Under the pieces are notes generated by a model. The model was not told where the DNA came from, made no database searches, and saw only the letters and a program-made list of their open reading frames with translations. A program made the translations under genes and the position numbers. Below, one piece after another: positions 26,429 to 40,844 of a stretch of DNA of 64,000 nucleotides; positions within the stretch are counted from its first letter, which is position 1, and the number at the start of each line of letters is the position of its first letter. This DNA is from Carcharhinus longimanus (lineage: Eukaryota): contig JASCQW010000081.1 in the NCBI GenBank assembly GCA_030264375.1, positions 40,326,246 to 40,390,245 on the forward strand, written 5' to 3'.

Positions 26429-27764
26429 TAAGAAGTCTCACAACACCAGGTTAAAGTCCAACAGGTTTATTCGGCAGCAGTAGTTGTCGGAACCTCAAGC
26501 TCCATCAGGTGAGTGAGACTTGTGTTCACAAACAGGGCATATAAAGACACAAACTCAATTTATAAGGTAAGATAATTTACAAGGAATGCGAGTCTTTACA
26601 GTTAATCAAGTCTTAAAGGTACAGACAATGTGAGTGGAGAGAAGGTTAAGCACAGGTTAAAGAGATGTGCATTGTCTCCAGCCANNNNNNNNNNNNNNNN
26701 NNNNNNNNNNNNNNNNNNNNNNNNNNNNNNNNNNNNNNNNNNNNNNNNNNNNNNNNNNNNNNNNNNNNNNNNNNNNNNNNNNNNNNNNNNNNNNNNNNNN
26801 NNNNNNNNNNNNNNNNNNNNNNNNNNNNNNNNNNNNNNNNNNNNNNNNNNNNNNNNNNNNNNNNNNNNNNNNNNNNNNNNNNNNNNNNNNNNNNNNNNNN
26901 NNNNNNNNNNNNNNNNNNNNNNNNNNNNNNNNNNNNNNNNNNNNNNNNNNNNNNNNNNNNNNNNNNNNNNNNNNNNNNNNNNNNNNNNNNNNNNNNNNNN
27001 NNNNNNNNNNNNNNNNNNNNNNNNNNNNNNNNNNNNNNNNNNNNNNNNNNNNNNNNNNNNNNNNNNNNNNCAACCCTGCCACAGCAACCTCTGCAAGATA
27101 CCGTCATCTTACATGAGAACATTAACCACCAGGTACACAGTACATACTCCTGCGACTTGGCTAACATTTTCTACCTGATATACTGCAGGAAAGGATGTCT
27201 CGAGGCATGGTACATTGGGGAGACCGTGCAGACGCTACGACAACAAATGAATGAACACTGCTCGAGAATCACCAGTCGGGGAACCCTTAAGCAGTCATGG
27301 GCATTTGGCCTCTGATCTTCCGGTAAGCGTTCTCCAAGATGGCCTTCACTACACACGACAACACAGAATCGCTGAGCAGAAACTGATAGCCAAGTTCTGC
27401 ACACATGAGGACGGCCTCAACCGGGATCTTGGGTGCATGTCACACTATCTGTAACCCCTACGACTTGCCTGGGCTTGCAAAATCTCGCTAACTATTCTGG
27501 CTGGAGACAATACACATCTTTTTAACCTGTGCTTGGCCCTCTCTCCACTCACATTGTCTATACCTTTAAGACTTGATTACCTGTAAAGATTTGCATTCCA
27601 ACCATTATTTTGTAAATTGAGTTTGNNNNNNNNNNCCTCACGCCCCTGAGGAAGGAGCTTGAAGCTCCGAAGGCTAGTGCTGCCAATACACCTACTGGAC
27701 TTCAACCTGGTGTTGTGAGACTTTTTACTGTGCTCACCCCAGTCCAACGCCAGCATCTCTGCAT
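26429..27764 (+). mobile_element. Truncated Penelope-like element: GIY-YIG endonuclease remnant, inverted terminal repeats and TSD
   Basis: Translates TYSCDLANIFYLIYCRKGCLEAWYIGETVQTLRQQMNEH (GIY-YIG). 26429-26684 is inverted at about 27497-27727. catcttctgctttg occurs at both 26415-26428 and 27765-27778. Confidence 0.88.
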
Positions 27765-28350
27765 CATCTTCTGCTTTGCCATTTAGTAGAGCTATGATCC
27801 CTTTCCCATCCACAACAACCATCTCCCTATAGAGAGGATTCTGTGTGATCTTGTTCTGCAAGAAAGGTGTGTTTAGCTGATAGAATCATAAACTGTTTGG
27901 AAAATTTGACATGTTCAAACACTTTGTGTGTTATGTGAAAATTGTGTGGAAGTGAGAATGGAATAGTAGTAAGTCTATAACAATTAGAAACAGAAGGGGA
28001 TGTAGTCAAGTGTTTCAGTGATTATAGGACAGTAAACTGAGGTGAGAAGTATTGGAAGTAGTGAAGCGACAGGTGGAGCAGATGTGAGAAAAGAGAAGTA
28101 GAGATGAGAGGCAGGATTTTTACCAAGAGGTCAGTGAATTTTTTCTGGAATTGCAGTCAACTCTTGGGAGCTAATTGCATGGCACTGACTTCCTCAGTAA
28201 TCTCCACCCATTGTCAACAGACATATGACTTAGAGAGGTTTCTCACCCATTAGGGACAGGACAGGATCTCCCTCATCTTGTTCATTGCCTAGGCCAGCAT
28301 CTGATTTCTGATTTTCAGATGTGACTGAATTTTTAAGCTCATTAATTGTT

Positions 28351-29530
28351 ATAGTGTCATAGAGGTTTACAGCAAGGAAACAGGCCCTTTGGCCCAACTT
28401 GTCCACGCTCTTTTTTTTTAAAACCCCTAAGTTAATCCCAATTTCCCATAATCCCAATTTTGGCCCATATCTCTCTACACCCATCGTACCCATGTAACTA
28501 TCAAAATGCTTTTTAACAGACAAAATTGTACCTGCCTCTACAACTACCTCTGGCAGCTTGTTCCAAACACACCACCCTCTGACAAAATTGCCCCTTGGAC
28601 ATTTTTATATCTCTCCCCTCTCACCTTAAACCTATACCCACTAGTTTAAGACTCCCATACCTTTGGGAAAAGATATTGACTATCTACCTTGTCTATGCCC
28701 CTCATTATTTTATAGACCTCTATAAGATCACCCTTCAGCCTTCTACGCTCCAGAGAAAAAAGTCCCAGTCTATCCAACCTCTCCTTATAACTCAAACCAT
28801 CAAGTCCCGGTAGCATCNNNNNNNNNNNNNNNNNNNNNNNNNNNNNNNNNNNNNNNNNNNNNNNNNNNNNNNNNNNNNNNNNNNNNNNNNNNNNNNNNNN
28901 NNNNNNNNNNNNNNNNNNNNNNNNNNNNNNNNNNNNNNNNNNNNNNNNNNNNNNNNNNNNNNNNNNNNNNNNNNNNNNNNNNNNNNNNNNNNNNNNNNNN
29001 NNNNNNNNNNNNNNNNNNNNNNNNNNNNNNNNNNNNNNNNNNNNNNNNNNNNNNNNNNNNNNNNNNNNNNNNNNNNNNNNNNNNNNNNNNNNNNNNNNNN
29101 NNNNNNNNNNNNNNNNNNNNNNNNNNNNNNNNNNNNNNNNNNNNNNNNNNNNNNNNNNNNNNNNNNNNNNNNNNNNNNNNNNNNNNNNNNNNNNNNNNNN
29201 NNNNNNNNNNNNNNNNNNNNNNNNNNNNNNNNNNNNNNNNNNNNNNNNNNNNNNNNNNNNNNNNNNNNNNNNNNNNNNNNNNNNNNNNNNNNNNNNNNNN
29301 NNNNNNNNNNNNNNNNNNNNNNNNNNNNNNNNNNNNNNNNNNNNNNNNNNNNNNNNNNNNNNNNNNNNNNNNNNNNNNNNNNNNNNNNNNNNNNNNNNNN
29401 NNNNNNNNNNNNNNNNNNNNNNNNNNNNNNNNNNNNNNAACCTTATGCAACAACCTACCATGCAATACCTTGTCAAAGGCCTTGCTAAAGTCCATGTAGA
29501 CAACATCAACTGCACTGCCCTCATCTACCT
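28351..29530 (-). mobile_element. CR1 LINE 3' portion spanning an N gap
   Basis: MDFSKAFDKVLHGRLLHK (RT) on one side of the gap. MLPGLDGLSYKERLDRLGLFSLERRRLKGDLIEVYKIMRG and the 3'UTR on the other. Confidence 0.92.
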
Positions 29531-32084
29531 TATAAATCTAATATTTACACTATGCTCTTCTCTGCCATTTAAACCTATTGTTCCATATCACATGGACTAT
29601 ATTTTAAAGAGGAACTACCATTTGTACTCACAATGCTTTTTTTCTAAGCCACCCCATTTTCATGAACCAGTGATGCCACTGTCAGACTATCTTTCATACT
29701 TTCACCAATGCCAAGTTTGAGTAGACTATAGGACAATTCCACTAGTTGCCAGGCATGACTTGCCCTCTGAATATCCCCAGTTGGGAAGTGCCTGGTCTCC
29801 AATTATATTTTGACACTTTGTTACAGAAGTGCAACTCAGAACGTCATTACAAAGTGAGTGAGAGAGACAAAGTACCATGATATGAACAAAATATTCTGAA
29901 AAATATATGCAAATGCAGACTATGGCAAAAGAACAGAATTAGTAATGATTATTTCTCTTGTGTGTCGGTCACTAAAAGGCTTGAGCATCAGGAATACTTC
30001 CTTAATTACCTAGTGCAATAGGCAAAAGGATTTCAGAATGCTATTTTTGTTTTCAAGCCTGAGGCAAAACGTACTGTATGACGATACCAAAGCCGTATAA
30101 AAATGAATTGATAGCATGTACTGAAGGGTGAACGTGGCCACACAGATCTGTACTGAGTCAGCTGGATAGTGGATTCTTCTCATTCCATCAGTCTAATGGA
30201 TAGCAATTGAATTTAATTAGTAAAGCAGCTCAGAGTAACAGCACGCTGCGCAGAGTGAAATGAGAAGCTCTCTACAGAAGACTAGCAAAGAATGCCTTTT
30301 TAACTGCCAGTCTGACCAGAGAGGAAAACCAAATCCTGTCCTCAATTTATACAGCAAAATATAGAAGGGAGTCCTTCTCTCCTCACACTATTTTTTTAAA
30401 AAAGTGAAGAAATAGCAAGCAGACCCTCCTCTAATTTTGTTGCTAACAAAAGAGACTCAATTTTGCCTGGCTGGTCACAGCAAGCAGGCAAGTTCCAATG
30501 ATTGATTATTGTGGTATCTCTGTATCTTTGACTTTGAACCATGACCTCTTTGTGTACAAAGAGGGTTGGGACCTACCATTTGCCATCTGGAAAGAGGGAC
30601 TGTGCACAGGGAAAAAGATCTAGTATTAATCATCCAATTAAGAATGAACCAAAATAGCGTACTTAAGTGCTATGAAATTCAGTCAATTTAATAATTTTCT
30701 GCTTTAATTACATTCTTGTACAGCCTGCTCTCCAGAACTAGCAGAACTCATTTACACATTTCCTATTACTCCCCACCCTAAAAAGTAAGCTCAAGTTTGC
30801 CTTTGCTCGACTAATCTGCAAGCACTTTAATTAGCCTGAAGAAAAGTGATTGTTCACTTAGAACCAAAAGAAGAAAGGACCGAATTCTCACCTATTGTGG
30901 GCCGTGGAACATTTTGCTAGACAAATTCACCAATTAGTCTAGTCACATACAGCGGTATTCTCTTGATTTCTGGGGACCAGCTATGCTAAAACACCTCTTT
31001 GAACATCCAGTGCAATTATGCTGAGAGCTTAAGTTTCTACCAGGAGGGGTGAGACTACAGGGAAAAAGTTATCTTCAGGGGCATTCGGACTCCCCACCGA
31101 GGACATTTTTTTTGCGTAAAAAGAATGTTGTATTGATCTGATTACACTGCAAACCCACAATAGAACAGCATACTTGATGCAAAGAAAACAGTTGCATGAT
31201 ACCCTGCATCTGTTGTGATCTCACCAAGGGTAATTTGGGCAGCATCCCTGATTAGCCTACCTGGGTTTTATCTTTTCTTTCAAGTGCCAAGGTGTCCTCC
31301 TTTACAATATAACAGAACTTGAACTTTTTAAATTATATTACAAATGATTTTTTTTAACAAATCCTATAAAAATGTAGATGGTCGCTTCTCTGGAACATCA
31401 CTCTGACTAACTTCCTACAACATCTAGAAGGCCAATTTAACAGCTTCATCCAAGTGATTAAGTTTCAGGTAAAACTAGCACTCAAGCCTTCCTGTACATA
31501 CTGTAATGAAATCTTACAAATTACATCTACCAGGGAGTATGTGCAGAATATTATTATTTACACTGCATTTTGCTCACAGAATCACAGCTTGTTTTGACCA
31601 CACTGCTTGTTCCAAAGTCACAGAGTCCTTTTTGTTTTCTTCACTTAATGCCACAATTTCTTTCAATTTTATCCACATTTTTTCCTTAACATTCCCAATT
31701 GTTCTCAAAAAGTAACTTCATACCCCATAACAGTCAATGACGGGAGCAACCCAACTTGGAAAAACAAATCAGATTCAAACTAAATTAACTCTTTCATGTC
31801 TCCTATGGGCTGGCCTCCTGAAAGACATCCACTTGCTTGTTTGGATATATTTGTATTTTCAACAAGGGTCTGAACATTGGGACTCCTTTAGAATACCAGT
31901 GAGTGAAGTTGGCATCCCGCCATCCTGATGTGCAGACATTATGAGATTGGTGTTACATTTCTTTTCCTCTCAGTTGAGATCAGTTCTGGTTGTGTAACTC
32001 CTTCTGGCACCTGGCGCACTTAACCGCTGACTCTGTTTAAGCTTGCTTAGAGCCAAACTGAACCCAGTGCAGGTGGAATTGAAT

Positions 32085-32196
32085 GACTTCAACGCAGCAT
32101 CAGGAGAATACACCACCACATTCTCGAGGGCAATTAGGGATGAGCACGAAATGCTGGTCGAACCAGTGATGCCCACATCATGAATAAACAAATAAA
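32085..32196 (+). mobile_element. CR1-type LINE extreme 3' tail
   Basis: caccaccacattctcgagggcaattagggatgagcacgaaatgctgg...gatgcccacatc, ending in an (aataaa)-like tail. Confidence 0.6.
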
Positions 32197-32539
32197 TGCA
32201 CAATATTATATTTTGTACATAAAAACTTTGATGTTAACCAACTCATATGCGTTGTTACACTTATTGGGGAGTTTGCAATAGTGGGTGAATTGTGGGGATA
32301 ATAAATTTAAGAGTGAGTTTTAGATTGTAGTCCTATCGATCAATAATACTCAATACAAACTTTACAAGAAGTCTTGAACTTTCTCAAAACATTTGTCATT
32401 TAGGTTTGCATGCATTCCAAATGATCTAGATTGCTATGAGTAATCTACTGCAATGACATTAAAGCATCACTCTGAAAGGGCCAAAGTGCAAAGCAATTGG
32501 TATTTGGATAGGGATATTGAGAATTACAAAGCATTAAAT

Positions 32540-32866
32540 GGTGGCATGGTCACACAGTGGTTAGCACTGATACCTCACAGCACCAGGGTCCCAGGTTCAA
32601 TTCCAGCCTTGGGTCACTGTGTGCAGTGTGCACATCCTCCCCGTGTCTGCATGGGTTTCCTCGGGGTGCTCCGGTTTCCTCCTGCAGTCCAAAGATGTGT
32701 GGGTTAGGTGGATTAGCCATGCTAAAATTGACCCTAGTGTCAGGAGGATCAGCAGGGTAAATGTGTGGGGTTGCAGCAAAAAGGCCTGGGTGGGATAGTG
32801 GTCGGTACAGATTTGATAGACCAAATGGTATCCTTCTGTACAGTAGGAATTTTATGATTCTATGAT
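32540..32866 (+). mobile_element. HE1-like V-SINE
   Basis: Colinear with 2793-3118: cacagtggttagcactg, ggttcaattcc, V-core, and tail ttttatgattctatgat. Confidence 0.88.
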
Positions 32867-35800
32867 GATAATAGATTACACCATTAAAGTCAAAAGTAGT
32901 TCCTGTCTGTCATCTGAACTCTAAGATTAGCCTGTTTTACCTGGAGTTATGTACGGTAAACGCATTTACAAATGTTTAATCTTTAGAAAGATACTAATCA
33001 AAAATGTTGCTATGAAGGACCTAAAGGAAAACTGATTTTATGATATGTAGCCAAAAGGACAGTGATGTATGATTTGAAGTACTTTTTGTTTTACCCACAT
33101 TAAATATATTACGTATACTTTAAAATCATACTTTTATAATACCACATGCTGGCAATCTCTAAAAAAATGTCCCAGCTTTCTTCTGTTCTCTGTACCACAC
33201 TGTGTCAGGATATTACAATGCTACAGTAGCACAGCCCACACTCTCCTACCTGAAAACACAGTGGTAAAAATGCAGCAAATTATCACAACGGTAACTAGTA
33301 TTCAGTGGTACTTTCAGCCTTCGATACAGAACACTTTAAAAAAGATAATTAATTATAGGTCCAAATAGGTAAAAGCATATGGCAAAGTGGACTGTTGACA
33401 GTTTCCCACTTGAACCAATGTAGACAAATGAAAGAGGAAATGTCCTTTTAAAATGTAGCTGTGCAACTATAAGGACCTAGAACTTTGGCATTATGCACTT
33501 TAAATAAAAAAGGTGCACATTTGAATCAGCTCCACTTCTCTTGCTCTCTCACATATACACATACTTAACTAACAGCCAGGTGTAAATTATCACTATGACC
33601 CTCATTAGGAAACTATTATCACAGTCTTTTGTATAGTTTTTTTTTGGGTAAAGAAATATTAACTAATGAATCACCAGCTTCTTTTTTTTTAGAAGGATAT
33701 CAACAGGATTGTTGTCATCTGTAATGTTCTTCTTAATTTGGTCCAATGAGTATTGAAACTCCCTCAAGGGAACAAATTTCTTACGTTCGATCGACAAATC
33801 TCATTCTCTTTTTTTATTTAGCAGCCATAAGGCAGTTTATTTTACCACTTTTTCTACCATCTGTACCAAGTTTCCCCACAGACCGTTGCAGCTGTCCAGT
33901 GTAATGTGTTCAGTTCCTTTTATTTTCTGTCCAAATAGCTCGTAAACAATTCAGCAATATTTATAACTGTTGTGTCCCTTTTGTTCTGACAATGCAAGGA
34001 GAGACTGGCCCTGTTCTTTTTAATAAAATATCACCTATCATGCGGAATATTGTCATAATATGTTGATACAGAGTGATAGAAATTTGGATTTAAAATACCT
34101 TAAAAACTATGCAAATATATCATCAATTATTAAAACTCAAAAACAAAATGGAAATGCACAAGAATGAAACTCCACAACAGAAGGCCACCATATGTCCTGT
34201 TTGTTTCAAAACATAAAAACATGAGATATGATGGCATGTCAACAGTTTTGCCCATCATTGCTAGCTGTAAGTTTTACTTTATACCTAGTGAATGTTTCCA
34301 ATTTGAAGTTATATGTAGCACCTATCCATTTACTGCTCTTCTAGTATCTGTGAAAATATTTTTCAAATAATCATACAATGTATAAACTGTGCAGGGGAGA
34401 GGATGCATCTTCTCAGAATGGAAGCCTTTGTAAACACTGCAGGGTTACTTTGCCTCCCCAGCTGATGATCAAATGTAGGAAAAGTTGCACAGACAAATAC
34501 TATGTAAAGTACAACTACCTTATTTTCCTTACCATGCAGCTCATTTATCTCATGTCAACAATGGTTGCACTCACACGTCCAATTATGGGTCGGATTTTGC
34601 AGTTCTAATGACAGCAGGATCGTCATTACTACTACCCTGTGAAATTGACCACAATTTTTGGCATCCACACATACACACACAGAATTAAATGCAAATAACC
34701 CAGAAGTTGCTATCAATAATTCCCCTCACCTCCATAGAAGTCTTCACAAATTTAAGTCTTAAAAATCACTTGAATAGACATGAATTTGCGCTTTTTACAT
34801 TAGTCTCACGGTTAAAAACCCTAACTCTTGAAAAATCTATGTCTTGTTGATTGTGGTACAACTGGGATTTTAACTGTATACTAAAGCAACTTCTTTGATG
34901 AGTAGATTTTTTTTTAAATTCTGTATCAAATTTCACCATTGTTAAAACATTCCATGGATTTTTAATTTGTTTAAAGTTTATAATACTTCAGTTTTTACCT
35001 TAATCCCATATATGTATGCCCTAGTCATCATTTTGCTGTTTGCAAAATGAAAAAAGCGAAGGATAAATGAGTGCTTTTAAGATATTAACATATATTGAAT
35101 GAACAAAAAGTGGAGGATATTTTGAAAGCCTGAAGAGATCGAGCAGTATTCAAAAAGCAACAACAGGGATTTGGAGCATAATGAGATCAGACTTAAGTTC
35201 CGCAAACCCCAAATCCTGTCAGACTATTAAATTATCGATTAAAAGGACGTAACCAAAGGAAAATCCATGCAAAACCTCTGGAAAAATTGAATATAAACTT
35301 CATCAATTCCTTTTCCCCCATGCCATCTCACTTTTTTTGTTGACCCCGCCCCCACCCCACTTACATCCCTCTTGTGCAAATGCAGCAGATTAAGTCTTCA
35401 GGTATCTTTACATAAACAATACCAGTGTTTTCTTTGGTCAGATGTGGAACGTAGCCCTTACTTGCTATTACATTCAAGCTGNNNNNNNNNNNNNNNNNNN
35501 NNNNNNNNNNNNNNNNNNNNNNNNNNNNNNNNNNNNNNNNNNNNNNNNNNNNNNNNNNNNNNNNNNNNNNNNNNNNNNNNNCTATTACATTCAAGCTGAA
35601 GGAAATGGAATGACGGTATTTACTCTGTGCAATGGTGATCTAAGGCTACTTTAAGTGCCAGCTACGCCAATTTGCAACTTCTAACAATGGCTTAACATGA
35701 CGTGATCATGTCACATGGGCAGATTAAAAACATCAATGGCTGCAGAATAACTACAGTACAGTTTAAGTTTTTGTTTTATCATATGAGGTGATGTCAATAA

Positions 35801-37097
35801 AAATTAGCATTTCACTTGCACTGCAAAAGATGCAATAATTTCTCTTTGTTCCACATTATATGCAGCATTATGCTGAAAAGCCTAGACACAGCAGGGTGCA
35901 GATTTATAAGATGTAAATATCTTCTATGTAAATATGTTCATTATGTCATGAGCCAAATAGAAAGATCACTGCATATGACTGAACTAGACAGAAACTATGA
36001 GAGTCACCTCAAAGTGCTAAAATTTTCCCATCCATATATACACTGAGAATGAAAGACTGGCAGGAGAAACGATTGGGTGCGGGGGTGGTGTTGGAAGAGT
36101 TGACGCAGGAAATACATCTTGCGTCAAAAACTGGGAAAGATACATATGGATAACAAAATATACAATACACTCTTAGTAGCCAGAGCAACTCCAAAATTGA
36201 AAAAATTTTAAAAATTAGAAGTCCCTGTTGTACATAAAAATTCTATTTATTATTGAATAGTATGTGTCATATTAAAATAATATTGTATCAATGTAAGTTT
36301 TGCACATAATTTATCAAAAGTTATTACTATTATCCATTTACAATATACTTGCTACTTCATTTTGGGTGAAACAGGAATTGAAGAGATCTCCCATAGGCTG
36401 GTGCTTTGAGAGTGGGGCCATTCAGACACAAGTCATGGAAAAAATGTCCCAGAATAGCAAAATCTTTAGATCATTTAACAGAACACCAACTGGCAGAAAA
36501 ACAATGGACAGTTGCTGACTTTGTCAGTGAATGGCTGATGTGCTCTACCAAATCTACTCAGCTACATTTACAATAGCACTAATAGACTACATACCAACAT
36601 GGATATTCCTAATGGGCAGATTCAGCAGATGCATACCTTGCTTTAGCAGGTTTCATTGATGATGGTGACATGGAAGGTCAACATTTGTTTGCTTAGCTGA
36701 CATTTACCTTAGAATATTTAGGCATACCTTCTGGTTTGTGTGTTGGTGCTTAGAGAAGGTCATGTAGAGGACCCAGCAACAAGTGCAGCCTTTCCAAAGC
36801 TCAGTAAGCACAGTATGGACTCTTCCTTGAGTGGCATATCTTCTGTGGTTGCCGCTGGTTTCTCCTCACCAAAGGACTTAATTTCACACTATCCACTTCA
36901 TATCATCACAGCCTTAGAGCGTAATTCGGAAAAACTAGAAGATTTCAGTAGAGGCACGAAGGAGGAAGGTCCAGAAATGACTTGTGACTAAAAATGCAAT
37001 GAAATGTGGGATTGCTGTTGAGGTGCAGAACAAGCTATACAATTAAAGTGCAGTTGAGGAATATGAACATATAACCTTATTCACAAGTAAATATATT

Positions 37098-37730
37098 TAC
37101 AGCAACAACTTACATGTGTATAACATCTTTAAATGTCATAAGCTATCAAAGACATTTCAGAGAAGTATTATCAAACAACATTTGTCATTGTGTTTCAAAA
37201 GGAGGTATTTGGCCAGATAGGTTTGAAGGAGTATCTTAAAGTTGGAAAAAGTTGGAGGAGGAGCAGCTGAGGGCAGGTGCTCCAAATATTATGACACAGG
37301 CAACTGAAGGCACAGTCAGCAGTTGCGGGGCAATTAAAATCAGGGACGCAAAAATGGCAGAGTTAGAGGAACGCCGATATTTCNNNNNNNNNNNNNNNNN
37401 NNNNNNNNNNNNNNNNNNNNNNNNNNNNNNNNNNNNNNNNNNNNNNNNNNNNNNNNNNNNNNNNNNNNNNNNNNNNNNNNNNNGAGGGTTGTACGTTCAA
37501 AGAAAGTTACAGAAATAGCTGAAGCTATGAAGGGATTTGAAAATACACATGGGAATTTTAACATTAAGATACCATTTAACCGGTACCCAACGTAGATCAG
37601 TAAGTTGAGGAGTGATGGGGTCAACAAAACTTGGAGCACATTTGGGATACAAGCAGCAAGGATCTGAACTTTCTTTGGTTTATGGAGGGTAGAAGATGGG
37701 AAGCTGGCAAGGAGAGCACTGGAAAAGTAA
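37098..37730 (-). mobile_element. L2 LINE 3' fragment (contains an N gap)
   Basis: acagcaacaacttacatgtgtataacatcttta is the reverse complement of the L2 tail seen at about 47430-47457. Confidence 0.6.
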
Positions 37731-38439
37731 AATCGTTAGGTAACAGGATTGGGGAGGGGTACTTTGCACCCATGATCGCAGTGAGTGTAAACAGCAATGC
37801 TGGCACAAAATCTCATGAGAGTCAGGAAACAAGATTCTCGCTGGCGACTTTACAAGGTTCCCATCCCTCATTTAAATACATTGTAATGAATTTGCATATC
37901 ATTAAATAGCCTACCCATCATATGATTCCCTGCACGGAATAATAAAACCTCACCGACATAACTTTCTCGGCGAGGTTCACAACAGTTTTACGACAACAGG
38001 AAATAGTCGCAAGGATTCAGCCAGGAACATCAAAGCAATTATAGTCCCTGGGGGTACAGGATTATGCCTGAGCAGTGCCAAGGACACAGGTCCACATAGT
38101 GACATGCAAGGTTACCACAGGCAGTGTCAACCTGTACCAGAGACAATGGAAAGGGTGGGCCCCTAGGGAATAAAGATTTGTTGATGGGGTTGTGCAGATG
38201 TTTCCGTTGTGTGTGTGTGGTGGTGGGGAAGGGCACCAATGGCTTTGGACAGGGGACTTGGCATGACGGCAGTGAGGGAAGGAGAAGAAAATTGGTAAGC
38301 TGCCAAGCCCCTTCCCCTTCCTTCACTGCCAGGAGGAGGGGTAACCTGGCTGTGAGGTGGCGGGGGGGAAGTGGGGGGAGAAAACCTGGGAGTGAAGGAG
38401 CGGGGGAACCTGGGAGTGAATGGGAGGGCGGGTGATCTG

Positions 38440-38514
38440 GCTCGAAACATCAGCTTTGTTCTCCCTCCATAGATGCTTTTAGACTGCTGAGATTTTTCAG
38501 CATTTTCCATTTCT
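38440..38514. mobile_element. Penelope-terminus-like repeat fragment after a G-rich tract
   Basis: cgaaacatcagctttgttctccctccatagatgct...ctgctgagatttttcagcatttt is similar to 47905-47980. Confidence 0.55.
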
Positions 38515-39029
38515 GTAACAGGCTAATCGAATGCTCAATGAGACAGAATTAATCAATATATTAATCACAATGGAGCCTGTAGGTATCAGCAATCACAACA
38601 TGATAGAAATTCACATTCAATTTGAGGGTGAGGTGAGAAGTGTAGGTCTAAGACAATGTTTTAAATCTAAATAAAATGAATAACGATGTGTAGACAGAGT
38701 TGGCAAGTGAAATGGGAAACTAGGTTAAATAGGGAAGAAAGTATTGTTGAAGTGCTATTAGCTTATTAAATAAAATAATGTAAACTCAATATGCTGTTTT
38801 AATTTTGTTTATTCAATTGCAGAAAATGCTTTAATGGCAGATGCGATGTGTTATGTTTGCATAGTATTTATATAGTATGTTATAAATGCACAAAATGTAA
38901 GTTTTGTGGGTGCACATAAAATAATTACTATTTTTAAACTAATGACCATATGATTTTATGTTTTACTAGAGGTGAACCAGAGACAAATTTCCACTCTTGC
39001 ATGAACAATTAAATGCTTCTTCCCTATTT

Positions 39030-39460
39030 TTCAGGTTGGCACCTGTAACTAGTGGAGTGCTAGGGCCTGAACTATTGACAATCTATGTCAACAAATTGGA
39101 TGAAGGAACTAACCTCATAATAGTTAAATTTGCTGATGGCAGATTATTTTCCTACCTAGTTTGCTGTCAAGAGGAGGGAAAGAGTCTACAAAGGAATTTA
39201 GATAGGTTAAGTGAATGGGCAAACATTTGGCAGATGGAATACAAAGTGGGAAAATGTGAATTTGTCCACTCTGACAGCAAGAATAGAAAAGTAGGATTCT
39301 ATTTAAATTGAGAGATTGCAAAACCCAGTATAGTGGGATCCTGGTACATAAATCATGAAAACTTAATATGCAAGTAGAACAAATAATTAGAAGGCAAATG
39401 GAATGTTGGCATTCATTGCAAGGGGAGTGGAATAGAAAAGCAGGGATGGTTTACTGCAGC
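39030..39460 (+). mobile_element. Decayed CR1 reverse transcriptase fragment
   Basis: PVTSGVLGPELLTIYVNKLDEG..IVKFADG...LQRNLDRLSEWANIWQMEYKVGKCE contains the degenerate QGSVLGP and FADD motifs. Confidence 0.88.
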
Positions 39461-39889
39461 TGGGACCATTTTAATTGCCTGGAGCTGGCCTCCCAGAGGC
39501 AGACTGGTGAACTAGCATTTTCAGAAAGCTTAGGAGGCCTATGCCTGCCTACCTGGGTGCCACAGCAGCCACAGGCTGCCCTGTGGAGGGGCTATCCCCA
39601 ACCCATTATAATGTTTGCCTGCCTGCAAAAGCCAATTTTTAATTTAAACTTCAAAAGCATTGGAGAGACGATGCCTCCATTTCAAAGCACCTCTCCCTTA
39701 TTTGCCTTTCAAAATGGGAGGTTTCTGATTGGTCATTCAGCTTCAACAGCCCATCTGCCATCCTTAATTGGACTGAAAACCCATATTCAACCATTAACTA
39801 TGTTTTTTTTTCCTGTGGTAGCCAATGAGTGACCATTTTCCACAAAGTGTGATGGTAGGGTTCAAAAGACTGCAGGGAAAATCCAGTCC
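39460..39889. mobile_element. Right-hand part of a family-B element
   Basis: Similar to 15200-15625 (tttttaattt...ccttaattgga...). Ends ggaaaatccagtcc. Confidence 0.5.
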
Positions 39890-40844
39890 TGGAATCTGCA
39901 CATGCACAGTTAAACAGGGAAATCAGAAATGGCTGTCTATGTTTCACCAAAGGGTGTGCTGTTTAACCCCTACAGACGGCAGTCAAGTAGAAATCAATGA
40001 ACTACTGAGGCCTTACACTTTTATGCCATTACATTCACTGTAAAAAAAAACGTGGTTACAGTTATATCTTTTGATCGAAATACAACTAAGTCTTTAACAG
40101 TATATCATGTTCATAAAAGAATGACCTCTTCAGCCCGGAAATTTTTTTTTTATTTGTGGAATGTCAAATTTATTCATTATGATTATATTTCCACATATTT
40201 TTAAAATTCGTGTTTGTTTATCATATATCATGCGCATACCCCAATCTTTAAATTTTGCTGTCCATAAAATGGTATTAAAAAGTGAAGGATCATCAGTACG
40301 TTTTACTTGCTGGTTTGCTTTCTGTGAAAGAACTAACTACTTACCCTGCCTGATGACATACTTTTTGATAGATGTCTGGAAATCCCCTTGGCTTAGTATC
40401 CAATGAAAATTAACACTGCAAAGGTGAAATCCTAATCAAAGAGATCACCACAAGATCTTTAAGGGCAAGAAGCAATTACCATCTGTTGACCGGAAAATCA
40501 GGACCACTACAAAGCATTTCCAAAACACCAAGCTATATGGATGAAACTGCTGTAAGAATATATATTTCATACATACCAGACTTCTGAGCCTCTGGGAAAG
40601 TGCATACTGCCTTGTACAGTAGATGGAATTGCTTCGTGATCAAGTACTTAGATTAAATAGGTACTTTGCACAATCTATTCTACCTTCTCTTCCTTTGGCA
40701 GACATTTGATGTCGTTGCTCAATTTTAATAAATTTTGTGGCATCCAACCTTTCTTTTCAAAATGAAATATCATTCTTACACCATTTATTATCACCAGCAT
40801 GCTCTACATGACACTCATAAGAATATATCAGCAAACATAAAAGA

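Noticed and set aside
26602-27178. Long ORFs here and at 28646-29524
   Set aside because: Their length comes from N runs; the real parts are TE fragments.
38330-38435. G-rich tract with repeated aacctgggagtgaa (G-quadruplex candidate)
   Set aside because: Low-complexity sequence between repeat remnants, with nothing to suggest function.
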